DNA from: a virus
Lineage: Duplodnaviria; Caudoviricetes
Reading direction: 5' to 3' (one strand)
DNA: 64,000 nucleotides
IMG/VR virus record: IMGVR_UViG_3300046007_002820
Span: 325-64,324 of that record
Shown in pieces: positions 1 to 9,053 of the stretch; positions within the stretch are counted from its first letter, which is position 1; the number at the start of each line of letters is the position of its first letter. The position numbers were made by a program, and so were the translations under genes. The notes beneath the pieces are model-generated. The model saw nothing but the letters and a program-made list of their open reading frames with translations, searched no databases and was not told where the DNA came from.

Positions 1-133
1 CGTCGTTCTCGAAGAAATTCGAGCTCGGGGTCGTTCGCTTTGTCCAGTAGGCGTCAAGACCTGCATCATCGGAGCTTCCGCAGGAAGTCTGATCGCCAAC
101 GAATAGACTCCTCATCACCGTTACGTAATACAG

Positions 134-166
134 AACAGCCTTCGGAGAAATTCGGAGGCTGTTTTT
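134..166 (+). terminator. Rho-independent terminator
   Basis: AACAGCCTTCGGA-GAAA-TTCGGAGGCTGTT stem-loop running into a T tract, after a partial upstream reading frame that stops at about 106. Confidence 0.8.
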
Positions 167-173
167 CTAAATA
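167..173 (+). promoter_or_regulatory. T4-type late promoter (CTAAATA variant of TATAAATA)
   Basis: CTAAATA lies 20-40 nt before late genes here and at 2991, 6646, 10064, 43988 and 45348 (+), and at 43248 (-); it also heads the longer endonuclease leaders at 21796 and 39535 (-). Confidence 0.7.
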
Positions 174-197
174 TGACTGAGCTATAGAAAGATAACA

Positions 198-2966
198 ATG
201 CCTGATACTTCTCTTCTAGATCAAGTCAAACAAATTCTTTACGGATCTGGAGCAAATCCTCCACTCATCGATCAAATCACGAAGATGATGTTCGGCTACG
301 ATTCTACAACTACGGCGACGGGTAAATCTCCGGACGAAGTCAATCTGAATCCGAAACTCGACGATATGATGGGATATACTGCCGAGCAAATCGAATTGAT
401 GGAAATCTTCGACAGTCGGCCGGATTATAAGCATGTTGGTACGCGTGAACTTCTATCCAGCACGCAACACAATTATCAGTTTAATCATGGTGAACATAGA
501 TACGGTGTAACGATTAGTCACCACGAGGCTACGCCTAATCATGCCGAAGTAACTTTTTATAAGCACACACAACGTGGCCCGACAATGGCGATGCAACATG
601 ACGACGACGGGCAGGCGCATAAGATTGTTGGTAAAGTCATACATATCGTTCGCGATCATGTCAAGAAACATAAACTGAAATCTATAGGATTTGGTAGCGA
701 TACGAGAGATAAAGGTCGCACAAAACTCTATAAAAGTCTAGCTAGAAAGCATGGTGGATCTTCTTGGTTTGGTGGATCGTCACATCGTATTCCAGTAAAC
801 GAATCCTACGAGATTCAACAACTCAACGAACTGTTCGACACTCCTGTGAAATATACTACGGGTGAACACCACCATCCAGAAAATGGGGATCATCATTATG
901 TATTTCATCATAAAAGTAAATCAGTTCATGTGAATATTGAACATTCCGAAGAGGACGAAGATACCGCGAAAGTAGAATTTTATAAAAAAACGCATTCTGG
1001 AAAGCATATATATTCTCAAACTGGCGATCATCCACAAGACGCTCACAAAATTCTGAGTGGTGTCCATCATATCGTAAAAGATCACGTTGCGAAATATCCA
1101 GAAATCAAACATATTAGATTTACTGGATCAGGACACTCCAGAGAAAAACTTTACGATAGAATTTCTCGAAAGCATAAAGGACGATCATCCAGAGATGTGT
1201 TAGATACAAACTACGAAATACCTGTTAATCAACATCACGAGCATGTAGCATTCACATTTGGACGATTCTCAGTTCCGTCAAAAGGTCATTCGAAACTCTT
1301 TGAGAAACTCAAGGAAGAAGCGGGAACTGGTCCTCACTACGTCTTCGCAAGTCATACGCAGGATTCTGAACGCAATCCGCTTTCGTGGAATACGAAGGTT
1401 TCCATCATGGAGCAATGCTGGCCAGATCTAAACATCTGTCAGGAGACGAATGTCAAGACGCTTTTCCAAGCTATCAGCCTACTAGAATCTGAAGGCTTCA
1501 AGAGCGCTACGCTCGTAGTTGGTCAAGACCGCTACGCAGAGTTCTCGAAGCTTCTAGAGACCTATCAAAAAGACTACTCGATGACTATTGGAATTGTCGC
1601 AGTTCCCAGAACGAGCGATGACGAATCGGCGACCAAAATGCGCGAAGCGGTCATCAACGAGGATTTCGAGACTTTCGCAGAAATGTTCCCAGAAGATACC
1701 GAGGAAGGTCTTGCTGAATTCGTCTACGATGTCGTCGGCGAGAATTTGAACGAACTGTTCGATAAACCTCACGAATATAAGAAAGACACTGAAAACAGCA
1801 CTGATTATAGACATATCTATAATTTTCACCATGGCGACGATCATTTCGAAACCAGCATTCATCATCATGCCGGGCCGAAAAAGGGAACAGCAACAGTAGT
1901 ATTCAATGATCAACACGGAGAGACTGGTGTGACTGGGAGACACAAAGGTTCTGCACATAAAGTCATCAGCACCGTTCATCACATTGTGAAAGACCATATT
2001 GCGAAACATCCTGAAATCAAACACGTTCGATTCACAGGCGACGGTGATCATGAGAAACTTTACAGTAAAATCACAAAGAAACGCGGGGGTGTTGAAGGTC
2101 CATATACTTGGGGTAAAGAATTCAAAATCCCAGTGAATGAATCGCTTGATGTTCAACAGCTCAACGAACTGTTCGACACTCCTGTGGAATACGAGACTGG
2201 CAACGAGCATAGAACCCAATATGGCGCGCATCATTACGTGTTTCACCATAAAGGTCGGCCTATTCATGTCAAAATAGATCATGGTAGTCTCAAAAAACCT
2301 ACACATGCATCCGTGAGGTTTCATGCAGTAGATGTTAATGGATGGTCGGAATACGAACAAACTCACGATCATCCAAAAGACGCTCACAAAATTCTGAGCG
2401 GAGTTCACCACATTGTGAAAGATCACATCAAAAATCATCCTACTGTGAAACACGTCACATTCTCTGGCGAAGGTGAATCTAGAACGAAACTCTACGATAG
2501 ATTAGCTCGTAAGAATAAAGGTAGATCTAAAAAGCATCCTATCTTCTCCGACGTTAAAAAGTATAGTGTTCCAGTAAACCGCAATTTGAAAGAAGAAGTT
2601 CTGGACATCATGAATGAATCTAAAATAATTCATGAACCGGGTAAGATGACTATTGGGCATGTTTCGGCAACTTTCCATCCAAAGTCTCGAGGTGGTGGAG
2701 GTGGATGGATCGTTAAAAATCATAGAACGCACGACTGGCACGGCGAGCTTTGGAACAAGAAAGACGCTCGTGATTCAATGGTAAAAATGTATCATGCTAC
2801 AAAAAACGACGATTTTATGGAATCTGCCAGGATTCCATCTCCGACTGGACAAAAGCCTGAAGATGAACGCCTCGGTCTAGACTCTAATCTAGGATCGAAG
2901 GACGATGTTCAACTGAGACGTCGGAAGACTATGAAAAGATTCAAGCAAATCATCGATGAAACCTGA
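198..2966 (+). CDS. His-rich repeat protein (putative internal head polyprotein) with a central nucleotidyltransferase-like domain
   Basis: Four ~130-aa repeats each starting L(N/M)E(L/I)FD; central FGRFSVPSKGH...GQDRY...SATKMR motifs resemble HIGH-superfamily cytidylyltransferase-like proteins of T4-like phages; late promoter upstream. Confidence 0.75.
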   Translation: MPDTSLLDQVKQILYGSGANPPLIDQITKMMFGYDSTTTATGKSPDEVNLNPKLDDMMGYTAEQIELMEIFDSRPDYKHVGTRELLSSTQHNYQFNHGEHRYGVTISHHEATPNHAEVTFYKHTQRGPTMAMQHDDDGQAHKIVGKVIHIVRDHVKKHKLKSIGFGSDTRDKGRTKLYKSLARKHGGSSWFGGSSHRIPVNESYEIQQLNELFDTPVKYTTGEHHHPENGDHHYVFHHKSKSVHVNIEHSEEDEDTAKVEFYKKTHSGKHIYSQTGDHPQDAHKILSGVHHIVKDHVAKYPEIKHIRFTGSGHSREKLYDRISRKHKGRSSRDVLDTNYEIPVNQHHEHVAFTFGRFSVPSKGHSKLFEKLKEEAGTGPHYVFASHTQDSERNPLSWNTKVSIMEQCWPDLNICQETNVKTLFQAISLLESEGFKSATLVVGQDRYAEFSKLLETYQKDYSMTIGIVAVPRTSDDESATKMREAVINEDFETFAEMFPEDTEEGLAEFVYDVVGENLNELFDKPHEYKKDTENSTDYRHIYNFHHGDDHFETSIHHHAGPKKGTATVVFNDQHGETGVTGRHKGSAHKVISTVHHIVKDHIAKHPEIKHVRFTGDGDHEKLYSKITKKRGGVEGPYTWGKEFKIPVNESLDVQQLNELFDTPVEYETGNEHRTQYGAHHYVFHHKGRPIHVKIDHGSLKKPTHASVRFHAVDVNGWSEYEQTHDHPKDAHKILSGVHHIVKDHIKNHPTVKHVTFSGEGESRTKLYDRLARKNKGRSKKHPIFSDVKKYSVPVNRNLKEEVLDIMNESKIIHEPGKMTIGHVSATFHPKSRGGGGGWIVKNHRTHDWHGELWNKKDARDSMVKMYHATKNDDFMESARIPSPTGQKPEDERLGLDSNLGSKDDVQLRRRKTMKRFKQIIDET

Positions 2967-2990
2967 GCTCACAACGGACCAATTTTTATT

Positions 2991-2997
2991 CTAAATA
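2991..2997 (+). promoter_or_regulatory. late promoter
   Basis: CTAAATA upstream of the AGGA SD and TTG start at 3018. Confidence 0.65.
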
Positions 2998-3017
2998 TAT
3001 TTGAATTTGTTTAGGAT

Positions 3018-5804
3018 TTGATTGGAATGGATCTTTCGGAAGCGTTTATCTCGAATTTGAGAAATGTCGCTAATCTGAAAGATGTTCGCCCGGTCAGATT
3101 CGCCGATGGTCACGCGACGACTGTTCCAGCATCAGTTGCTCTCAAGGCTGTTAATCGTTATGATGCAATAAGAAACCCTGGGCAGAAAAGAGTAGCTGCC
3201 GAGCAAATGAGGTCGTCGTTGTCAAATTTTAAGAAGTCTATTTCGGAAGATAAACAACTCGATGAAATTTCCGACGAGCTCAAGTTCCGGTATCTTGGAA
3301 AGCACAGCGATAAATACGAAAGACATTACGCGTTCAAGCGACATGGTTGGAACGACGACGGCAAACATCCGGTTCCGAAAGCGTCCAGTGAAAAAGCCGC
3401 GCAAAAGACCGGCGAGCATTTCAATCGTAAATGGACGGCACAAGCCGCCGAACACAAACGCCAAGAAGAAGAGCGTGATCGCAAACCACTAGAGCATGAA
3501 CCAAAAGTTCACGATCTTCGCCATCTGTCTCATGGTGAAGCCTATAACAGATCTCAGACCGACGATAAAATCAAAGACGGCGACGTTCTGCATCTAAAAG
3601 GCGGGCATCATGCAATCATGTACAAAGCATGGCCGACCAATGGTCCAGGATCGAATGCAAAAGAACATCACCATCTCGCAGCTGGCAATTCTTGGCATCA
3701 CGAGAATATGACCCGTTACCACAAATCCGCGAAGATCGCCGAAGAGGGAGCTAAGAAGCACTTGAAAGAATCCGAAGAAATCAACGAAATTTCCAAAAAT
3801 ACGCTTGGGCGATATATTTCGCATGCGTCTATGGATAAGTCTCATTCGGCTGAAACGATCGGTTTCGACAACGGGGAAGGTGTAACTACGGGTAAAAGAA
3901 CTTACTACAGCCGTAACGAAATCGAAAAAGACCATAAGAAACATGCTCGCCGCTCTGCAGGAATTCAGCATGCGACTATGAAACTCATCGGACACGACCC
4001 ACACAATCCCAAATGGAAAATGAAGCGTCCGGCCACGAACGAAGAACTAGAGATTACTGAAAAGACTAAATTCGACGACGATGCTGACGAAAGAGCAGAA
4101 GCTGCTCGTCGTAAGAAGCAAGAAAAGTCGAAAGTCCAGAATGCCAATTACCGTCGTAAAGAGAAGTATACGATGGAAGACTTCGATGCGATGGACGATG
4201 ACGAGTTCGATTTCGTCGTGGAAAATCTAGAACAACTCGACGAGCTCAGCAAGGCTACGCTTGGTCGGTATGTGAATCGTAGTTTGAACGATGTTAGAAA
4301 CGCTAATCAGTCGAAGATTCGTTGGGAATCGAAACCAAAAGATGATTATTTTGGTCTTGATCCAAAAGGAAATCGCGTGACTAAAACTTCAGCGGAAATG
4401 CAAAAAATTCATTCTAAAAACGCGACAAAAAGAGAAAAAGGTATTAGAACAGCTGTGGCAAAACTTACCAAAGAATCTGAAGAAATCAACGAGCTCAGCA
4501 AGGCTACGCTCGGTCGATATCTTGATAAATCCGTTCGCCAATCTGTAGAAAAAGCCGAAACTTCCGGGTATCATTCGGCTCTTAACGATTACAGCCATCA
4601 AGTGAAGGCTGATAAAGCCGCAAGAAAAGCAGAAAAAAGGTATGCTGGATCAATGACCGCAATTCAAAAACTCACCAAAGAAGATTTCGACATCGATGAA
4701 ATCAACGAGATCATGGATCGCGTAAATGCTGGACTTCAGCTCGACGAGCTCAGCAAGGCTACGCTTTCCAGATACATGGATAATGCTAGTGGCGATGCTT
4801 GGTCATCTGAAAACAAAGCTGATGCTAAAAAGAATGGTAGTGTCTCACAGCATTACTACCAGAAGCGTGCCGATAAGAGATATCGCGGATTGGAAAAGGC
4901 GGATCGTAAAATGAATGAAGACTTCGACGATAGAGTAGTTCTAGAGCTCATCGAACAATTTATGGCCGAAAATGATCTAACGATCAACGAACTTTCGGAC
5001 GATACTCTGAAATCTTACGTCGGTAAAAGTAATGCTCAACTAACTGCGATGAAATCTAAGCGCGGGCGTAAATCAGCTGCTGATCTGAAGACTGCAGCAA
5101 AGAGAACTGCTGGAGGAACGAAAGCTTCTAAGACTCTCTATGATAGACGCGCTAAAGAATGGGCTAAAGGCGAGATCACTTCTCGATCGGCTTATTCCAA
5201 AGCTCTGCATGATACTGCCAAAGAGCATGGATATAATCTCGCCCATTCCGGCCGGCATTCGGATATCTATACGAAGCATGAAGAGCACGATACACATGCA
5301 GTGCATCCCGACCGCGAAGGCCAGCTTCAACACAGTATGAAACATTTCCATGATTTGCATGTTCTCAAGATTCATCACGGTGGAACCGAAAATCATCCTG
5401 AACCAGCGTTCACTCTGTCCAGCGCGAGCGGAACAAGAAGTGACGGTAAACATTATCGGAACTGGAGCAGCACGGGATCAGAATCCGAACATTACACAAA
5501 GCATAAAAATGAAATCGGTAAGACTTTCGAGCGTCATCACGAGCATGTTAATTCTGCTTGGCATGGTCTTCATGAATCCGAAGATATTAACGAAAAGACC
5601 AAATTCGATGATGAAGCCGATGATCGTAACGACGCCTACGTGAAAAACCGCGTCGCGCGTAAGTACGCTCAGATGAGGAAAGCTCGTCGGAAGGAAAAAT
5701 ATGCTACCGAAGAGACCGTGCTTTCTGATGATGCTGTCGCTCAGTTCGGATTCACTCAATCGTTTGCGGATGCTCTTCTAAAGATCAGTAAACCAAAATC
5801 GTAA
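3018..5804 (+). CDS. His/Lys-rich repeat protein (putative internal head polyprotein)
   Basis: 928-aa ORF with six (L/I)(D/N)E(L/I)S-x-x-(T/E)L-x-x-Y units and two EKTKFDD...RRKEKY units separated by acidic linkers. Confidence 0.75.
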   Translation: MIGMDLSEAFISNLRNVANLKDVRPVRFADGHATTVPASVALKAVNRYDAIRNPGQKRVAAEQMRSSLSNFKKSISEDKQLDEISDELKFRYLGKHSDKYERHYAFKRHGWNDDGKHPVPKASSEKAAQKTGEHFNRKWTAQAAEHKRQEEERDRKPLEHEPKVHDLRHLSHGEAYNRSQTDDKIKDGDVLHLKGGHHAIMYKAWPTNGPGSNAKEHHHLAAGNSWHHENMTRYHKSAKIAEEGAKKHLKESEEINEISKNTLGRYISHASMDKSHSAETIGFDNGEGVTTGKRTYYSRNEIEKDHKKHARRSAGIQHATMKLIGHDPHNPKWKMKRPATNEELEITEKTKFDDDADERAEAARRKKQEKSKVQNANYRRKEKYTMEDFDAMDDDEFDFVVENLEQLDELSKATLGRYVNRSLNDVRNANQSKIRWESKPKDDYFGLDPKGNRVTKTSAEMQKIHSKNATKREKGIRTAVAKLTKESEEINELSKATLGRYLDKSVRQSVEKAETSGYHSALNDYSHQVKADKAARKAEKRYAGSMTAIQKLTKEDFDIDEINEIMDRVNAGLQLDELSKATLSRYMDNASGDAWSSENKADAKKNGSVSQHYYQKRADKRYRGLEKADRKMNEDFDDRVVLELIEQFMAENDLTINELSDDTLKSYVGKSNAQLTAMKSKRGRKSAADLKTAAKRTAGGTKASKTLYDRRAKEWAKGEITSRSAYSKALHDTAKEHGYNLAHSGRHSDIYTKHEEHDTHAVHPDREGQLQHSMKHFHDLHVLKIHHGGTENHPEPAFTLSSASGTRSDGKHYRNWSSTGSESEHYTKHKNEIGKTFERHHEHVNSAWHGLHESEDINEKTKFDDEADDRNDAYVKNRVARKYAQMRKARRKEKYATEETVLSDDAVAQFGFTQSFADALLKISKPKS
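4242..4765 (+). repeat. three identical 20-nt repeats encoding ELSKATL
   Basis: GAGCTCAGCAAGGCTACGCT at 4242, 4491 and 4746. Confidence 0.9.
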
Positions 5805-5810
5805 GAGCCA

Positions 5811-6140
5811 ATGCCCGGTACGCATGACATCACGATTGTTCAGGGAGCTACGTTCAAGATCACAGTGTCTGCCAAAGATGCTGCGAATAACAACGTACTC
5901 GCACTAGCGACTTCAGCTGCTGCGCAGCTACGAGAGCTTCCTGAATCTTCTACTGTTCTTGCGGACTTCGATTGCGATCTGACTGCGAACAATGCTGGGA
6001 TCACCGTATCTCTTACGCCTGCTCAGACTGCGAATCTTTCGATTCGTCGAATGTATTGGGACCTGAAGGTTGTGTGGCCGGACCGTGAAGAATATTTACT
6101 AGAAGGTAAAGCGATTCTCAATACCACAGTTACGAGGTAG
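5811..6140 (+). CDS. putative virion structural/adaptor protein
   Basis: DITIVQGATF...WDLKV...LLEG pattern typical of small phage tail/baseplate adaptor proteins. Confidence 0.6.
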   Translation: MPGTHDITIVQGATFKITVSAKDAANNNVLALATSAAAQLRELPESSTVLADFDCDLTANNAGITVSLTPAQTANLSIRRMYWDLKVVWPDREEYLLEGKAILNTTVTR

Positions 6141-6146
6141 ACTGAA

Positions 6147-6641
6147 ATGTCGAATACGACAGTAACTGTTCTTTACGAAAATCTAGCTGCGACTGTTTCA
6201 GAAGAGTTGAATGCTGTCGCTGTTACAGTATCTAATACCATTTACAATGTGAACGTTTCTTCTACTACCACATCTGTCGTAGAAATTGAAGTTCCTGGAT
6301 ACCTTTCTCCGCCTCCTCCGATTGAATTGTTTGTGTCGGGACTTGTAGGTCCATCAGAATTACTGATGAGATACATTGTTTTACGCGATAATCTTCAGAT
6401 TGTATCAAATCTTACACAGGCTTCCTGTGAAACACCAGCGACATCTAATGCTGTATTTCTTATCGTTAAGAACGCGAATACAACAATAGGTAATGTGAGT
6501 TTCACTGCAAACTCGACAATAGGTAATGTCCAATTCTCAAATAACAGTTTTCAGAGTAATGATGTCATCAAAGTAATCGGTCCAGTATCGCAAGATCCAA
6601 CATTAGCGAACATTACCATAGCTTTTAATCTAAGCTATTGA
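6147..6641 (+). CDS. putative virion structural protein
   Basis: Asn/Ser/Thr/Val-rich ORF in a late operon. Confidence 0.6.
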   Translation: MSNTTVTVLYENLAATVSEELNAVAVTVSNTIYNVNVSSTTTSVVEIEVPGYLSPPPPIELFVSGLVGPSELLMRYIVLRDNLQIVSNLTQASCETPATSNAVFLIVKNANTTIGNVSFTANSTIGNVQFSNNSFQSNDVIKVIGPVSQDPTLANITIAFNLSY

Positions 6642-6682
6642 ATGACTAAATATCCTTGAAATACTGCAAGGAATAATAAGAA

Positions 6683-7135
6683 ATGGCAGCTGGCAACTTT
6701 ACCGTCTTCAACATCGCAAAGTTGAAACTTGTGAACGGTACTCACGATCTAGATACTCATACGTTCAAGATGGTTCTATGTGCAAACTCTCAAGCGATTG
6801 ATGCAACGTTCGCCGGATCATCTGCCAACGCCCGCTACGCTGATTTGACTGGTGAAGTCGCTGCGAACGGAACCAACGGGTATACGACTGGTGGTAAAAC
6901 TTTGACTATGTCGGTATCCAGATCTGGAGCGAACGTCGCTGTAGATTGTGATGACCAGTCTTGGACTGGTGCGACTATCACTGCCAAATACGCGGTAATT
7001 TTCAATGATACTGCTGCTAACGATGATCTGCTTGGATTCTGCGATTTGGAAACCGGTAATGCGACTGGAATTTCTGCAACTTCGGGAACCATCGCTGTAA
7101 ACATCAACGCATCAGGTCTATTTACGCTATCATAG
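6683..7135 (+). CDS. putative tail/appendage protein
   Basis: DLDTHTFKMVL...GYTTGGKTL...ITAKYAVIF pattern of a widespread phage structural family; late promoter at 6646. Confidence 0.7.
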   Translation: MAAGNFTVFNIAKLKLVNGTHDLDTHTFKMVLCANSQAIDATFAGSSANARYADLTGEVAANGTNGYTTGGKTLTMSVSRSGANVAVDCDDQSWTGATITAKYAVIFNDTAANDDLLGFCDLETGNATGISATSGTIAVNINASGLFTLS

Positions 7136-7147
7136 GATCGAGTGTGA

Positions 7148-7603
7148 ATGGCTGATAATTTAGGATATACGCCCGGTGCTGGAGCGAACGTCGCTACCGA
7201 CGAAGTTGGCGGCCAGCATTATCAAAGAATCAAACCTGCATTCGGTGACGACGGTTCCGCTACTGACGTAAGTATCGCTAATCCGCTACCAGTTGCAGCG
7301 TACGGAGAACTGATTGAAGTTCTCGAAGCTCAACGGACTGTTCTTCAATCCCTGACTAGAACAATTGGTATGGCCATGCCCGATGTCGCAGGAAGACTTC
7401 GTATCGCGATCGATGCAATCTCAGCATCACTCACATTGGCGACCATTACGAATGTTGGTACTGTAACTACAGTGACGGGTGTCACGACCGTATCCACACT
7501 GACGAACCAAGCTAACATTGGTGGTTTACCGGCGATCGAACAAATTCCAGCATTAATGCGCCTTGGCGCGGACTCTCTTAGACGCAACATATCGGTGACA
7601 TAA
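7148..7603 (+). CDS. putative tail/appendage protein
   Basis: MADN...ATDEVGGQHYQRIK...NPLPV N-terminus seen in phage fibre-associated proteins. Confidence 0.65.
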   Translation: MADNLGYTPGAGANVATDEVGGQHYQRIKPAFGDDGSATDVSIANPLPVAAYGELIEVLEAQRTVLQSLTRTIGMAMPDVAGRLRIAIDAISASLTLATITNVGTVTTVTGVTTVSTLTNQANIGGLPAIEQIPALMRLGADSLRRNISVT

Positions 7604-7606
7604 GCA

Positions 7607-9049
7607 ATGACGACAACAATCGGCAATAGAAAAATTCTTGATCTGAAGCGCTGGGAGTTTTGTACTCCTTCGCCTGTAGCAACCGCTGCGGCCATGTGTG
7701 TCATTTCGTCTAGGCACGCCCGCCGCCGCCAGCTGTTCATGACTTCTGCCACAGTTCATTATCTATATGATCCAAATGAAGACGGATGGATTCAAATTCC
7801 TTCCGGGGCATTTGGTGGTACATTCGGTGCAGGAACCTGTGGCGTAGCCACTGCTGTCGGGCCGAGCGGAACTGCGACTGCAGGAACGACTACGACTCTA
7901 ACAACGAACTTGACCATTCAGCGAGATTTGCGCGGATATTCAATTCATATCACATCTGGACCAGGTGCTGGTGATACCCGAACAATCGCATCGAACACTA
8001 TCGGAGCGAACGCCGTAATCACTGTGACTTCGGCATTCAGCGGAACGATCACATCGTCAAGCACTTATAGATTGCTGACGCCTCGTTGGTATGTGCTGAA
8101 CGCAGTTGGTGCCTCTGGTACGACCACGACGGCTCTTTTCAGATTTTACGATTTTGCTCTAAACACTTGGACAAACGCTGAAACTGGCGCTACGGACGGT
8201 GTTGCTCCTGCTGCTGTTATCGGAACCGATGGACGATTGATTTCTACACCATCTTGGTTGGACAGTGGATATAAAGCATTCGGCGGAGGAACAGCAACGT
8301 CGGCCACTGGAACCACATTATCCGATTCCGGGAAATCTTGGACTGCTTCACAATGGATCAACTATCAAGTCCGAATCGTCAGTGGAACTGGTGCTGGGCA
8401 AATTAGAACTATTACTGCCAATACCGGAACGCAGTTGACTGTTGCGACGTGGACTATCAACCCAGATGCGACGTCAGTCTACACTATCGAAGGTAACGAC
8501 GATTTCATTTACTACATGGGATCTAACGCAGTTACATTGTATCGTTATTCGATAAGTGGTGGAACTTGGACTACTCTATCTCCTGGTGTAGCTCGTGCAG
8601 CGGCTCCGTCTACCGGAATGTCCGCGCATTGGGTTTGGGATGCTGAAGACCCTGCCTGGACTAACGAATCGGCTATTCTAAATGGTCGTTACATTTACAG
8701 TTTCCGAGGTGGTGGTTCAACCGTTCTGGATCGTTACGATATTGCTGCGAATACTTGGACGAACGCCATTCCATACGCGCCCGCGACGGAAACATTCACG
8801 ACCGGAACATCGTATTGCTATCATGGAAGTTATCTTTATATTCAAAAAGAAGCCACAGGAAGATGGTTTAGATACAATTTCGTGACTTCTGAAATGGATC
8901 CATGGAATACCATGATGTATACTCAGGGTGCTGCGGTCTTAGGAGACAAAGCCTGGGATGTGCTGTATACAGACGGAGCTACTGAAATAGTATATATCTA
9001 TTGTCTACTGAATACTTCCACGGTTCTGCTCCGTCAAATGGTAATCTAG
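7607..9049 (+). CDS. putative receptor-binding/fibre protein with Kelch-like beta-propeller segments
   Basis: YIY...RYDIAANTW-type blades plus two I(T/V)SG(P/T)GAG(D/Q)xRTIxxN repeats. Confidence 0.65.
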   Translation: MTTTIGNRKILDLKRWEFCTPSPVATAAAMCVISSRHARRRQLFMTSATVHYLYDPNEDGWIQIPSGAFGGTFGAGTCGVATAVGPSGTATAGTTTTLTTNLTIQRDLRGYSIHITSGPGAGDTRTIASNTIGANAVITVTSAFSGTITSSSTYRLLTPRWYVLNAVGASGTTTTALFRFYDFALNTWTNAETGATDGVAPAAVIGTDGRLISTPSWLDSGYKAFGGGTATSATGTTLSDSGKSWTASQWINYQVRIVSGTGAGQIRTITANTGTQLTVATWTINPDATSVYTIEGNDDFIYYMGSNAVTLYRYSISGGTWTTLSPGVARAAAPSTGMSAHWVWDAEDPAWTNESAILNGRYIYSFRGGGSTVLDRYDIAANTWTNAIPYAPATETFTTGTSYCYHGSYLYIQKEATGRWFRYNFVTSEMDPWNTMMYTQGAAVLGDKAWDVLYTDGATEIVYIYCLLNTSTVLLRQMVI

Positions 9050-9053
9050 TCCA

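Noticed and set aside
1554-2453. 299-aa minus-strand ORF, and similar antisense ORFs at 10258, 18612, 24911, 38249, 44350 and 59416
   Set aside because: Each lies fully opposite a well-supported gene and shows no recognisable motif.
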